Shown here: in pieces, positions 37,149 to 47,567 of the stretch
Position numbering within the stretch: position 1 is the first letter of the stretch
How the letters are laid out: every line of letters begins with the position of its first letter
Source: a virus
Taxonomy: Duplodnaviria > Caudoviricetes
Length of the DNA: 59,528 nucleotides
Virus record (IMG/VR): IMGVR_UViG_3300003885_000003
Location: 1 to 59,528 of that record
Strand: one strand, 5' to 3'
Notes under the pieces: model-generated
The model's database searches: none
What the model saw: only the letters and a program-made list of their open reading frames with translations
Told to the model about the DNA's origin: nothing
Translations under genes and position numbers: made by a program

Positions 37149-37274
37149 TAGATTTTATAATTCTTCTGGTTCAAAACGGCTGCGCTTTAACCATGCACCC
37201 TTGTTCGTTGCAATGCGTCGTTTAATTTCTTTTTTTGAAAGTTTCTTTTTTGTTGTTTTCTTTTTTGCCATGAT

Positions 37275-38378
37275 TTAACCATCTTCTTCTTTTGTTCCTA
37301 TACCACCAGTAAAAATTTCTTCAATATTATCTAAATCAAATATAGCAATTTCGCCTCGTGCCCGTGCAATTGCGAGCGCTTCTTCTCTATCAGAAACTAC
37401 CTGAGAAACATCAAGCCAAATATTATCATCTTCCTCATTATACCACGTTCCTATTGCATATGTGTCATTTTGCAAGTTGAAATAAACCTGATTCTTATTC
37501 ATGAATTTACGCATTTTTTCTTTATCTAATACAGACCCTTTAATGATACCTGAAGGAACAACCCCTCCAATTGCATAGTTTTGTGAACCAATGAAATTAC
37601 GGCCGCTCATCCCATGCGTAGACCCACCAAATTCATCAAATGCGTTTTGTACTGTACTAAATCGCAACGGTTGTCCTGATAGAACTGCATTGTTATCCTG
37701 CTGACCGACAGGTTTGCCATAATATCGCTTTTCACATTTACAATTAGCCCTGCATTCTGACTTTTCCCCTGGCTCAGGCAATGTACCGATTGGCACACGC
37801 CCAACGCCCGCATATCCAATGCAATCATCACAATGTTCAGCAGGATTGAGGAACCTTTGTTCTTCAACAAATCCAGCCGCTTTTTTTGCCTCAATGCGAC
37901 CGCGCCAGAACTGCTTATTACTAGACGTAACGTACATTTTTGCCCTTGCTTGGATTTGGGCAAGCGATAATTTCTCATCAGCAATATCCAACGCAAAACC
38001 GTCTAATGAACCATATTGCATCCAGCGCAAATCGGAACCTAACCGGCCCCAATCGCGCTGGGTCATCGCTTCACGGCCACCCCGACCGATAATGTACTGT
38101 CTACGATGCACTTCTTTTATCTCTTGACGCATCTTGCCTTGCCATTGTGCAACAGTTAAATTGCCGTTGTCTAATCGCTCTCCAAGTCGCCGAACATTAT
38201 CATAATAACCATCCACCAATTTATCTAGTTCATTCTGTATTTTAGCAGGGGAAACTGTACGGCCGTTACTGTTCCAAATATACTCGCTGCGGCTCATCGA
38301 ATAGCGGACACCTCCGCGATTGCGCGCGAAATAATACATAAACTCAGTGATAACGGCCGTCTGCTGGTCTGTAATCAT
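37275..38378 (-). CDS. Head morphogenesis / minor capsid protein with C-terminal extension
   Basis: Follows portal; HCDDC...PG..SEC.ANCKC motif. Confidence 0.75.
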   Translation of the reverse strand: MITDQQTAVITEFMYYFARNRGGVRYSMSRSEYIWNSNGRTVSPAKIQNELDKLVDGYYDNVRRLGERLDNGNLTVAQWQGKMRQEIKEVHRRQYIIGRGGREAMTQRDWGRLGSDLRWMQYGSLDGFALDIADEKLSLAQIQARAKMYVTSSNKQFWRGRIEAKKAAGFVEEQRFLNPAEHCDDCIGYAGVGRVPIGTLPEPGEKSECRANCKCEKRYYGKPVGQQDNNAVLSGQPLRFSTVQNAFDEFGGSTHGMSGRNFIGSQNYAIGGVVPSGIIKGSVLDKEKMRKFMNKNQVYFNLQNDTYAIGTWYNEEDDNIWLDVSQVVSDREEALAIARARGEIAIFDLDNIEEIFTGGIGTKEEDG

Positions 38379-39844
38379 TCTACTAATTCAGCATCAAAAA
38401 ACTTGTCGAGATTTAAGCCGTTTTTCTCAGAGAACCGCTTGAGACTGCGAGAAATGCGATCTAACTCATCCGGATCATCTAAGTCAAGCAAATCCTCATC
38501 TGTTGTACGTGTCGGCTGATTTTTACCTAGCGCGATGGGCACAGCAAATTCGCTATCTGTATCATTTTCGTCATCGTCGGAAACAACTTCATCTTTTTCA
38601 TCAACGGCCGTATCCGACTTATCAATCTCTGTTATTTCGATTTCTGGCAAAAAGTCACTCTTACGTCTGAATGCTGCAAAATCTTCCTCAGTAAACGACA
38701 TTATGCTACTCATTCCCTGTGCAAATTGTGCTAGTTGCGACAAGTCAATTGTCTGTTCAACCGGTGTCGCTCTCATTACCGGCGATTTGGACCAAGACTT
38801 AAACTGCGGATTATGGCGTTTGATCTGCGCCCAAAGCTGCGTTCCTGTTTGCGCAGCATATCCACTCATCATAGCGTTGAAGCCGCTCAAAAACATGCTT
38901 GAGCTAGATTGCATTGCAGCATTACTACCAGTATCGGCCGTTGCCGAAAGTGCTATCCATTGCATCATAAGGATTTGCAATTTTACAATGCTGTAATATT
39001 TGATTGCATCAAGAACTGACCCTGCGGCGGCAAATGTCGAATCAATTATTTCAGCAGTGATATGTGCCGGCAACGATAGATAGCTACCTTCCTGAGCTGC
39101 CAATAATGCGCGAGCAGCCTGCCGAATATTTGCTTTATCCTCAGTATCAAGATCACGTTCTGATTGAAATTTGACATACCCGGCCGTATGCTCTAAGCCA
39201 ATACCCAAGATCAATTCCAAATTATACTGAAATGATTCCGGTCGCCAGAACGCTTCTAGTGGTGATAATCCTTCCGGTGATGTTGGATCGCCAAATGTAA
39301 TATGTAGGCTCTCGTCGCGGGGCAGAATTATTTCATCATTGGGTGGGTCAAGCTGCACAAAACCCTTCACCTCACCGGTAGAATCATCCATGTCCCAACG
39401 CACAAACGACGAATAATCACGCCAAGCCAACTTTGAAAAACCAATTAAACCATCATCGCGTCTAAATGGTACAACTTCCCACCAGCCCCAGCCGTGTCCA
39501 GTGACTTTATAAATTGTATCAATATATTTACGTTGTCCACCCTCAATATCATCCCACAGTGAATTTAGATATTCCCTGCCAACTTTTTCTGCCTCAGTAA
39601 GATTTTCCCACGGCAATTCCCAATAAAAACCCACTTTTGCCCCGCTAGTTTGCCAAACAAATCGAGCCTGTGCCATCTGAGGATCACGTCGCCAAATAGG
39701 TTTATAATGCGTTTCATAAACACCAGGCCAATATAAATCTGGCTGGTCTGCCTGCATAATCTGGCCGTAATACGCCTCTATACCAGTTGTCCCCTTCTCT
39801 CGATTACGGCCGTTTTTACGATGTGCTGCTAGTTGATTTACCAT
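38375..39844 (-). CDS. Portal protein (Mu gp29/DUF935-like)
   Basis: Follows TerL; GWGWWEVV, SPEGLSPL, GSNA motifs. Confidence 0.85.
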   Translation of the reverse strand: MVNQLAAHRKNGRNREKGTTGIEAYYGQIMQADQPDLYWPGVYETHYKPIWRRDPQMAQARFVWQTSGAKVGFYWELPWENLTEAEKVGREYLNSLWDDIEGGQRKYIDTIYKVTGHGWGWWEVVPFRRDDGLIGFSKLAWRDYSSFVRWDMDDSTGEVKGFVQLDPPNDEIILPRDESLHITFGDPTSPEGLSPLEAFWRPESFQYNLELILGIGLEHTAGYVKFQSERDLDTEDKANIRQAARALLAAQEGSYLSLPAHITAEIIDSTFAAAGSVLDAIKYYSIVKLQILMMQWIALSATADTGSNAAMQSSSSMFLSGFNAMMSGYAAQTGTQLWAQIKRHNPQFKSWSKSPVMRATPVEQTIDLSQLAQFAQGMSSIMSFTEEDFAAFRRKSDFLPEIEITEIDKSDTAVDEKDEVVSDDDENDTDSEFAVPIALGKNQPTRTTDEDLLDLDDPDELDRISRSLKRFSEKNGLNLDKFFDAELVE

Positions 39845-40010
39845 GATCACCATCCATATCATCTATACTGTTAAAAATTCGGAAACGGCCGTTGCTTAAA
39901 TCCGAATCAGTTGTGTCCTCGCGTCTTTGCCACTCTTCAGCCAAGTCCCACATTGTATCTAAATCAACCGAACTGCTGCTGTCTGTATCCGGGTAAATAT
40001 ATATTTTCAT
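39816..40010 (-). CDS. Small acidic protein between TerL and portal
   Basis: GGAGG SD before MKIYIYP; ATGA overlap with TerL. Confidence 0.45.
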   Translation of the reverse strand: MKIYIYPDTDSSSSVDLDTMWDLAEEWQRREDTTDSDLSNGRFRIFNSIDDMDGDHGKSTSSTS

Positions 40011-41293
40011 GCTATCCTCCGCTTGCCACCACTGCCCCAGCGTGATGAAATTTGCTGTTCTTGCTGCAATTCGTCCATTCCCCCCCAACCCCCGCTATGA
40101 GCAATTCCTTGCCATGCAATAGCTAATGCCATTACCGTATCATCGTGCATTCCTGATGGCGCACTATAACTATACCCCGACGCAATCTTCTTAGCTTCGT
40201 ATGCTGATAATTCGTTTATGGTCGTATCGTCTGGCAATATGCTGATTTCCTGATGTTCAAAAGCAGACTGCAATAATTGAATAATCGGCGCCTTTGTTGC
40301 ACTACTGGTATGAAATGGAACGATCAGCATGTCTCGCTGTCGCAGATGATCGATAACTGGCTGACCAATACTGTTATCCTCAATTATCATGGATTTTAGA
40401 TTGAAACGACCGTATACTGCATGAAGCCGATCTTCTAGTGCAGTGTAGCCAATGCGCCGAAACCTGTCCTTGTATACCTCGCTCCGGGTTGCAACATCAA
40501 ATACAGATACTACTGTATAATCAGCGGCATCGGCCACATCAACACCAGCAATATATTGTTTAGCTCCATCAGCCGCATCTAGCCAGGCCGACGTTGCACA
40601 TTCAGTTATATTGCGAAATACCATGCCCTCACCGCTTACAATTCTGGCAAGATATTCTTGATTAAACAGCCATGTGGGAACCTCCCGTTTTACTTCGTCA
40701 ATGGCTGAATTCTCAATATACTGATTGTCATAGGACGTTGCATGAAGTTGCAGCCAATTATCGCGATCTGCTGCGCCACGCCATAACTGAGCCGCCCAAT
40801 TGTTGCCTTTCGGTACACCGGAAAATGCCGCCCATCCGCTAAAATCCAACAATGTCGCCTGAATGTATTCCTGCCAGACAATCTCTTGCATTAGACTGAA
40901 TTCATCTAATACAACTCCGCGAATGCCTTCTCCCGCCAATGACGATGGATTATCGGCCGTTCGGAACCAAATTTCACCTAAGCCAGGTAGACGAATTTCA
41001 AAGCGACTACGATTTATATGTTCTCGCTCCACCAAGCCCAACGCACGAATAACCTTCCTAGCAATCGTTGTTACTTCACGCCAGGCACGTTTCATTGATG
41101 CGCTGCGCCATGAAATACCTGTCCACCAGTAAAGACCAGGTTGTAACTGCATATGATAAAATATGCGCTGCACCATACCATCAGTTTTCCCATATCGCCG
41201 GCCAGCAAAGATCACGACGCTGCCAGGGTATTCTATCATCTGCCGCTGTGTTGTAGAATGCGGGGCCTTTAGTGCTATATCAATTGTTATCAT
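40007..41293 (-). CDS. terL: Terminase large subunit
   Basis: GRRYGKT Walker A, VVLDE Walker B, GVPKG, GVDVA...DYT, HDDTVMALA. Confidence 0.95.
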   Translation of the reverse strand: MITIDIALKAPHSTTQRQMIEYPGSVVIFAGRRYGKTDGMVQRIFYHMQLQPGLYWWTGISWRSASMKRAWREVTTIARKVIRALGLVEREHINRSRFEIRLPGLGEIWFRTADNPSSLAGEGIRGVVLDEFSLMQEIVWQEYIQATLLDFSGWAAFSGVPKGNNWAAQLWRGAADRDNWLQLHATSYDNQYIENSAIDEVKREVPTWLFNQEYLARIVSGEGMVFRNITECATSAWLDAADGAKQYIAGVDVADAADYTVVSVFDVATRSEVYKDRFRRIGYTALEDRLHAVYGRFNLKSMIIEDNSIGQPVIDHLRQRDMLIVPFHTSSATKAPIIQLLQSAFEHQEISILPDDTTINELSAYEAKKIASGYSYSAPSGMHDDTVMALAIAWQGIAHSGGWGGMDELQQEQQISSRWGSGGKRRIA

Positions 41294-41639
41294 CTGATTG
41301 CCAAATGAAACGGATGTTTAATGGTTCGCCGTCTTTGCCTGTATGCTCTTGCTTAATGCGTAGCCCCCAACCGCGTTCTTTTGCCTCTGCCATATTATTT
41401 AATATGTAAAATAACGCCGTTAGCTCACCATCTTCAATGGCGCGATTAAACAACACACTCTCCGCCTCATCCACAACACTATGCCGCCGATCACTAAGTG
41501 CCTGTTGTGCAGTTGGGTAACTAGCAATCCATTGGTACACGGCCGTCCTACTGCGCCCATACGCACGAGCAACAGCAGAAATATTTCCTTCAGCCTCTTC
41601 TATTTTTTTAATTAGTTCGCTCGCTGATGGTTTCGCCAT
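41280..41639 (-). CDS. terS: Terminase small subunit (HTH)
   Basis: GNISAVARAYGRSRTAVYQW HTH; EHTGKDGEPL C-terminus; directly upstream of TerL. Confidence 0.85.
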   Translation of the reverse strand: MAKPSASELIKKIEEAEGNISAVARAYGRSRTAVYQWIASYPTAQQALSDRRHSVVDEAESVLFNRAIEDGELTALFYILNNMAEAKERGWGLRIKQEHTGKDGEPLNIRFIWQSDDNN

Positions 41640-41735
41640 TTTTTATGATGCTTTTTATACTGTAAGGTTGCCATTATGTTTATCTAGTTCGACATATAAC
41701 CATTATACCACGTGTAGTCAAATAGCGGAGAACGC

Positions 41736-41770
41736 AAAAAAGCCCCGGCTGATGGGGTCAGCCGGGGCTA
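41736..41770 (-). terminator. Terminator ending cassette 3
   Basis: agccccggctga-ccccа-like loop-tcagccggggct followed by T run on the minus strand; same family as 361 and 3301. Confidence 0.8.
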
Positions 41771-41930
41771 GTGAATAAGTTATTCATACGTAATAAGCAA
41801 CTCTATCCATAGCAGAAAGAGCTCGTCGCTTTCACCCCCATCAAAATTCTCTCGATAATATTCACGCAAGACACTGACAAAATTTCTTTCAGTGTCTTCT
41901 GTTATTTCTGGTATTTCTGGCATCTTCATT

Positions 41931-42143
41931 TTAATATAACTCTGCAACTTTCGCCTTAAATTCATCGCGACCAATGTTTTTGCCATGCCGATAAGCCGCC
42001 ATAATTAGCTCGTCAATAAAATCAGGGTTTGCCGTTTCAAACACCTGCGCCTGAGCTTCCATAACACTCGTAGCATCTTCAAGTATCGCTAAAACTTCGT
42101 TGGTATTTTTCACCATTAAATCTAAACGTTCTTTGTTTGTCAT
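41931..42143 (-). CDS. Hypothetical protein (cassette 3)
   Basis: AAGGA SD. Confidence 0.6.
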   Translation of the reverse strand: MTNKERLDLMVKNTNEVLAILEDATSVMEAQAQVFETANPDFIDELIMAAYRHGKNIGRDEFKAKVAELY

Positions 42144-42155
42144 TTCTATTTCCTT

Positions 42156-42416
42156 TTAATGCACGTAATCTGTCTTGCCGTTATAAGCTACAATGTCACC
42201 AGTTTCAAAATCTACAACTTCATCACCGATTACAAAGTTTTCTTTGGGATAAGTTGCTCTGAATGCACGAAGCGTTCCGCGAGTTTGAATGCCTTCTTCA
42301 AACGTTCCACCCTTGATTACCTGATAAATGTTGTGCCCTGCGAGGGTTTGCGTGTATCCGTTTCTTTTGATTGTTATCCCTATTATTACGTTCATCTTAG
42401 CCTCCATAGTTGGCAT
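42156..42416 (-). CDS. Hypothetical protein (cassette 3)
   Basis: GGAGG SD before MNVII. Confidence 0.6.
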   Translation of the reverse strand: MPTMEAKMNVIIGITIKRNGYTQTLAGHNIYQVIKGGTFEEGIQTRGTLRAFRATYPKENFVIGDEVVDFETGDIVAYNGKTDYVH

Positions 42417-42597
42417 ACGTTACATCGAACATCGAGGTTTGCTGTAACTCGCATAATTTATCGAAGGATACAACTTTGTTTTCTGTATGTTTCCCGCAAT
42501 TGATCATCTGAATTACATAAAACTGACTGCTTTGGTCAGCTGCTTTTTTATCACACTCTGTAATTGCTTGTTTTCGTGTCAGTTTTGTTTTGCTCAT
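42397..42597 (-). CDS. Hypothetical protein, probably leaderless
   Basis: ATG 6 nt after TATACT. Confidence 0.55.
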   Translation of the reverse strand: MSKTKLTRKQAITECDKKAADQSSQFYVIQMINCGKHTENKVVSFDKLCELQQTSMFDVTYANYGG

Positions 42598-42603
42598 ATC
42601 TAT

Positions 42604-42669
42604 AGTATAAATGATCCCATGACCAACTTCTATAAAGTAGGACACACCTTTACTGTAAAATAGGATACA
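42604..42669 (-). promoter_or_regulatory. Tandem TGTA-N8-TACA boxes plus TATACT (cassette 3 promoter)
   Basis: Boxes at 42654-42669 and 42631-42646, TATACT at 42604-42609; reverse complement nearly identical to 991-1029. Confidence 0.75.
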
Positions 42670-42690
42670 CTTTTATGTGAAGTGACTAGC

Positions 42691-42891
42691 TCACTTGTTC
42701 CGTACCACAGCTAGACGATGAGTACGGCCGACGCGGAAATGGACATAGCGACGGCCGTCTATAGTCTCATCACAAACGATAAACCGGTTGCCGGTCTCAC
42801 CGTAGAACTGCCAGCCGGGGGGAGCATTGAATTCATCTACTGTAGCGCGAAGAAGCATCTTTCGGGTCCCGGTGGGGCAGATTAGGGTCAT
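42691..42891 (-). CDS. Hypothetical protein
   Basis: Follows the replication gene. Confidence 0.5.
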   Translation of the reverse strand: MTLICPTGTRKMLLRATVDEFNAPPGWQFYGETGNRFIVCDETIDGRRYVHFRVGRTHRLAVVRNK

Positions 42892-42916
42892 GATTTCTCG
42901 GTTCTTTCGTTTTCAG

Positions 42917-45103
42917 CTAGAATTTGATGGCTTCAGCCACCTCATCAAGCCTGAAACAAGCCTGCGGAGGGGTGTTTTTTGAAGTGGTGTCCCCGTTAAC
43001 AGGTATCTTTTTTTTCTTATCTGCTATCGGGGACAAATCGCCATCTACACTGCTGATACTCGACAGGATTGCCAGTTTTTTACTGGCTACAATCTCGTTG
43101 TCGCCGGCGCGTGGGCCAATTCCTTTAATGCGATACTGTTCACCGGCCGCATCAAGCGCCTTGATCATATCAATAACTGATAAATCCTTTGGCTCAAAAT
43201 TGCCGGCTGGCAAATCCTCATCAAAAAACGCACGAACTGCCAATCGCATTTTATGCCAATCAACACCATAAATACCCCACGTCACTTCGTTTGAGGATTT
43301 ATCATTATCAGATTTGTCTGTCACTTCGTTACCTCCACGTTTACTTGTCTGATTGCCCCACGTGCCCAGGCCACGAAACGCCCGGTGACCCTTTGGCGTG
43401 TTCAATACCCACTCACCGACCAGATTAAACAGTTCAGCCATATCTGCCGGAATAGGCGTTCCTTCCTCATCTACAGCATCATGTAGCACAACTGAACGGC
43501 CGTTGCCGATGTTGGAAATGGCATAGCTCAGGTGGGGGTCATTGCGTTGTCGCTGTTTTTTGAGTTTGCCAGTTAAGCGTTTTGCGTCCGCATTATCAAG
43601 AATGCAAAACGTCATCAGATTGCTGAACTGATAAGTATTGTTGCACGCCGCGATGATCTTCTCACAGTATTGTAAAACACGCTGCCGGCGGCAATGCTCA
43701 CACGGCGGCACATAAATACCGCGTGACATAAACCCGCGCCAATTGTCCCACGGCTGACGCATTATGCGGGATACATTGTAATCAATGTTTTTTGTACACC
43801 AGTGATTTGAGCACGTCTTAATCGTTTCGTTAGGAGGATATTCACCACTAAAATACTCTGCGGTTGGCTCTACTGTGAATAGATCAGTAGCTAACACATC
43901 CCCGGACAAGCGCTTCGCAGTGTAATCTGCCATCAGTTTGAAATCAAGATCAAGATCAACGGCCGTATCTGTTGACCTTGAAACGGCCGTGCCCAACGTG
44001 CCGGGCGGCGCAAATGTGGCCGGCACGTTGTCGGCAACAGCCCCAATCGGCCGATGTCCTGGTGGAGGGGTTGCAGGATGCTCTGACCCGCGCATCACGC
44101 CATCATGCCATGCGCGGGTCATGCTGGCCTCTCCATACTCCGCCACATAGCCATTGTCAATGCAGGCATCAATAATGGCCTGCGGCATCTCGGCAGATAC
44201 ATCATCAGTCCACCCAGCGACAATGAGACTGCCAAATCGTGCAGCCGCCATGTATAGCGGCTTGTGTCGCGATTCCGTTGTAGCTGCCAGGTCAGCGGCG
44301 ATACTGGCTATTGTAGCATTGAGATATTCGGCGGCATCTCCAACAAATGGCACAGCATTTTTAGCGGCCGTTTCTAGGCGTAGGCGAAGAGCATCCTGAG
44401 CTTCTATATACGGCCGTAAAATCACACGATTGAATACATTAAACTTGCAGGGAGTATCCCATGTGCCGACGGGGTGAATATTGGCGCCGATCTTATTGAA
44501 CAGCAGAGATACGGTGGACGTCGGCGCAGCGTCAGTTGTGGCTTTGTAGTGCCACTGAAACGCCTTGATACAGTCCTGTAACAATTGCGGGTTGTTGTCA
44601 AACGCTGGTGTTTTCTTCAACCACAAAACCGGATGGCCTTTTTCGGCCCCGGACAGGCTCGATGAGGACTCAATAAATAATGATCCATGTTGCCCGAAAA
44701 ACGGGTCACTAAACCATCTGTCAATCACGCCAGGCTTTTTGCTGTCATCGTCCAGGGTCAGGATAATGCAATTTGCACGGCCGTCTACGTAAGCGTTTTC
44801 AAATTGTCGCGGGGATGCCGCGTTACGTTTCGGATGGTCTAGCGGGAACTGGCGGGGCCAGCGCTGCACGTATGATTGAGAGTAAGTGCAGCCATCGGCC
44901 ACCAGAGCCACAAATGAATCTATATCATGGCGTTCAGTCGTGTAAGCCAGGTTGTCGCCGGTTGCCTGTTTGTAGCCTGTGTTCCGTCGCACAGCCAGAA
45001 TCACAGTATGGTCTGCGTCCGGGGATGCGTAGTTTACGATTTCTGGCGGTGGAAATTGTGTACCGTCGAAAGTGGTCACGATAGGTTTGTTTGTATTATT
45101 CAT
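42917..45103 (-). CDS. Putative replication protein (primase-polymerase-like N-terminus, PriCT-like helical region, Zn finger)
   Basis: LTLDDD...ESSS......KGH; SRH..LY.AA...G...; CSNHWC and CEHC; largest early gene. Confidence 0.5.
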   Translation of the reverse strand: MNNTNKPIVTTFDGTQFPPPEIVNYASPDADHTVILAVRRNTGYKQATGDNLAYTTERHDIDSFVALVADGCTYSQSYVQRWPRQFPLDHPKRNAASPRQFENAYVDGRANCIILTLDDDSKKPGVIDRWFSDPFFGQHGSLFIESSSSLSGAEKGHPVLWLKKTPAFDNNPQLLQDCIKAFQWHYKATTDAAPTSTVSLLFNKIGANIHPVGTWDTPCKFNVFNRVILRPYIEAQDALRLRLETAAKNAVPFVGDAAEYLNATIASIAADLAATTESRHKPLYMAAARFGSLIVAGWTDDVSAEMPQAIIDACIDNGYVAEYGEASMTRAWHDGVMRGSEHPATPPPGHRPIGAVADNVPATFAPPGTLGTAVSRSTDTAVDLDLDFKLMADYTAKRLSGDVLATDLFTVEPTAEYFSGEYPPNETIKTCSNHWCTKNIDYNVSRIMRQPWDNWRGFMSRGIYVPPCEHCRRQRVLQYCEKIIAACNNTYQFSNLMTFCILDNADAKRLTGKLKKQRQRNDPHLSYAISNIGNGRSVVLHDAVDEEGTPIPADMAELFNLVGEWVLNTPKGHRAFRGLGTWGNQTSKRGGNEVTDKSDNDKSSNEVTWGIYGVDWHKMRLAVRAFFDEDLPAGNFEPKDLSVIDMIKALDAAGEQYRIKGIGPRAGDNEIVASKKLAILSSISSVDGDLSPIADKKKKIPVNGDTTSKNTPPQACFRLDEVAEAIKF

Positions 45104-45292
45104 TGCTTTGCTCCTAGATGGCTGTTGGCTCTCTTGTCCCACTTCCTGGCGTGTTCCATGCTGTTGCTCAGGTAATCAAGCGGGGGCTTTGGTACACAGT
45201 CACGGCGCAGCAGCCTACACCGCAATTCGTAGCTGATGGCATCGCGCAGGAAGTCACGGCGATTATTATTGTACACACGATACACGATACTG

Positions 45293-45538
45293 TTATTCAT
45301 TTGGCGAAAACCTTGTAGCTGTGGCGGTTTCTAGGCTAACTGTATGTCCCGTTTTTGCAACGTGTTTTCTGATTTCACGCTGTCCACGTCGTCTATCGGT
45401 ATGGTCCGAAAATATCCAGTAGCACTGTAGGCACATAGCGTAGTAGCTGGTTATGCCAAGTCGAGTAGACTTTACTTTGTTCATGTTTTGTCCCAATGGC
45501 TGGCTGGCTGGTAACAAAAAACACCTGTACCTTAGCAT
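45293..45538 (-). CDS. Small Zn-finger protein
   Basis: CLQC...HVAKTGHTV. Confidence 0.6.
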   Translation of the reverse strand: MLRYRCFLLPASQPLGQNMNKVKSTRLGITSYYAMCLQCYWIFSDHTDRRRGQREIRKHVAKTGHTVSLETATATRFSPNE

Positions 45539-45704
45539 GGCGGTTTTGCCGAACGAAGGTCTTATAACTCACTGGTTAGATGAGTGTCCAAAACCGACAT
45601 GCTAAGAAACAAGTGTTTCTACTGCTGCCCTCGTTCTTGTTTTATCCGCTCACCGGGAACCACCCGACAATCACAGTATAGCATAGCAAAACGAGATTTG
45701 CCAA
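45515..45704 (-). promoter_or_regulatory. Promoter and structured terminator leader upstream of the replication genes
   Basis: TTGGCA-18-TATACT; long stem cttagcatgtcggtttt/aaaaccgccatgctaag ending in T6. Confidence 0.6.
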
Positions 45705-46332
45705 CACCACGATGTTAGACACTAACAACCTTCAGCTTTTCAGCTATGCTTTCCATATATAGCACACAGGCATCATGGTCGCCTGAGTACAAGGTCGCAG
45801 AATCGGCGTTTTCATAATTAGCCACTACTTTATTCAGTTGTAGATAAATGCTTAACGCAAAATCCAAATTGATTAAATCTCCACCAATATCGTAAACCCA
45901 CATTTTATTGCTCCTCTGAATTATGCGTTGCGTTTGTAACCATCGCAGACATACCACTCAGGCTCACAGTTATCCCATGTCCCGTTGGGGCCATCCGGCC
46001 GTTTACAATACCACTCTAAAAAAGGACTTTTATCATTACCTGCTGCTGGTTCTTCATACCAATATGCACAATTGGCACAGCATCGCCGATTTAAGTACCG
46101 GTAGTTTGTCACGCCTTTTAGTTCTATCATTTCGCCTCGTTTTCTTGGGCAGTACGCTATAGCGTGTCTAACGCAGCTTGGATATATCGTTCCATCCAAT
46201 CTGCAATTTCTTTATTAGTTACGTTACCTGTAGGCAGCCACATAGACTTTGTGTTAATTGCTGTAGAATAAACGGTTACTACTGGCGGTGTTCGTTTTCC
46301 CGACTTGATTTTCACGCTAAAATTTAGCTCCA

Positions 46333-47181
46333 TCATATCTCCATTTTAGTCTGTCGCAGATGCACGTCTAAATCAGGCCGTGCATTATGCGACCTGTCAC
46401 ATATCCATAGTATCTCTGTGCGGCTTTCGCCCCGCAATTGCTTACTGGCTGACATTACAGTCTCAATCTCTATACGTTCCTGTGCTGACTGAGGCTCAAC
46501 ATCCTGCGCGTAGTTGCTCAGGATGTAGCTGCCTGTAGCATCGTCTAACGTCGTACAAAGAGCCGCCCAATCTGCGGCCGTGTAGCCGCTATAATGACCC
46601 TGTTGTGAGCCAGGGTAAGGCGGATCCAAGTAATGCAACGTTTGCGGCGAATCCCACCTCTCTATGAACTTCAGCGCGTCGATGTTGTCCACAAATACAC
46701 CGCGTAGCCGGTCTAGCTGTGCCGGCAGTCTGTGCAGCTTACGCTGCCATGTACTGGCGTGATTACGACTAACTTGGCCAAAACTCCATCCTGCATTAGC
46801 TTTATTTGCAAATGATTGATTGAGGTTCACAAACACGGCCCATGCAATCTCCATATCCGAATAGTCACCAGGCGCTTTCCATATTTCACAAGCCAGCCGG
46901 TGTTCTTCCTGAGCGTACAATGTAAGGTCGAGTCGTCGTTCAAGTTCGGCCGGCTGGTCACGGGCCACACGGTAAAACGTAGTGATAACGCCGTTGTTGT
47001 CGTTAATGGCCTCGCGGTAGTAATGTGACGACCGGCGCACAGGGCGCGGCTTAGCAAACAGCAACGCTGCGCCACCTGCGAAGGGTTCGCTGTATACCGT
47101 GTGTGGTATACGATTAACCTGTTTCAGCAGGTGGCGCATTATGCTCTGTTTGCCGCCGTAATAACTGAGGAGTGGTTTCAT
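46333..47181 (-). CDS. Dam-like (D12 class) N6-adenine DNA methyltransferase
   Basis: YYGGK, YSEPFAGGAA, EAIND, YLDPPY, ILSNY, EILW. Confidence 0.92.
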   Translation of the reverse strand: MKPLLSYYGGKQSIMRHLLKQVNRIPHTVYSEPFAGGAALLFAKPRPVRRSSHYYREAINDNNGVITTFYRVARDQPAELERRLDLTLYAQEEHRLACEIWKAPGDYSDMEIAWAVFVNLNQSFANKANAGWSFGQVSRNHASTWQRKLHRLPAQLDRLRGVFVDNIDALKFIERWDSPQTLHYLDPPYPGSQQGHYSGYTAADWAALCTTLDDATGSYILSNYAQDVEPQSAQERIEIETVMSASKQLRGESRTEILWICDRSHNARPDLDVHLRQTKMEI

Positions 47182-47567
47182 AGCTCAGTTTCTGTGATCT
47201 CGCCGTCAGTCACGTCAATTACGCAGATATAATCCCCACCTTCCCACACAAGAAGCGCTTTAAGATGACCCGTGCTTTTCATGAGAGCCGGCAGTATAAC
47301 TTTCTGGTATGCTGTTCCGCTGCCCTCACCGGACAACGAGATTTTATAGACATACAACATTTTGGTTTCTATGTTTCCAGTTTCTTCTATTACACTCTCT
47401 CCAAATGATGTAGTAAAAATCATTTTCGTTTCATTATGATTTAATGCTACTTGATACTGCATACAAAACCCTTTGCGTTGCATATCGTCACTAAATTGCA
47501 ACGCAACAAGCGGCATTTTCAGCCTGTGCAGTGTTTTCGTGCGCCAGTTTGTTATGTTGTAGCTCAT
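47178..47567 (-). CDS. Hypothetical protein
   Basis: GEGSG...LVWEGGD...V.DG motif. Confidence 0.7.
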   Translation of the reverse strand: MSYNITNWRTKTLHRLKMPLVALQFSDDMQRKGFCMQYQVALNHNETKMIFTTSFGESVIEETGNIETKMLYVYKISLSGEGSGTAYQKVILPALMKSTGHLKALLVWEGGDYICVIDVTDGEITETEL

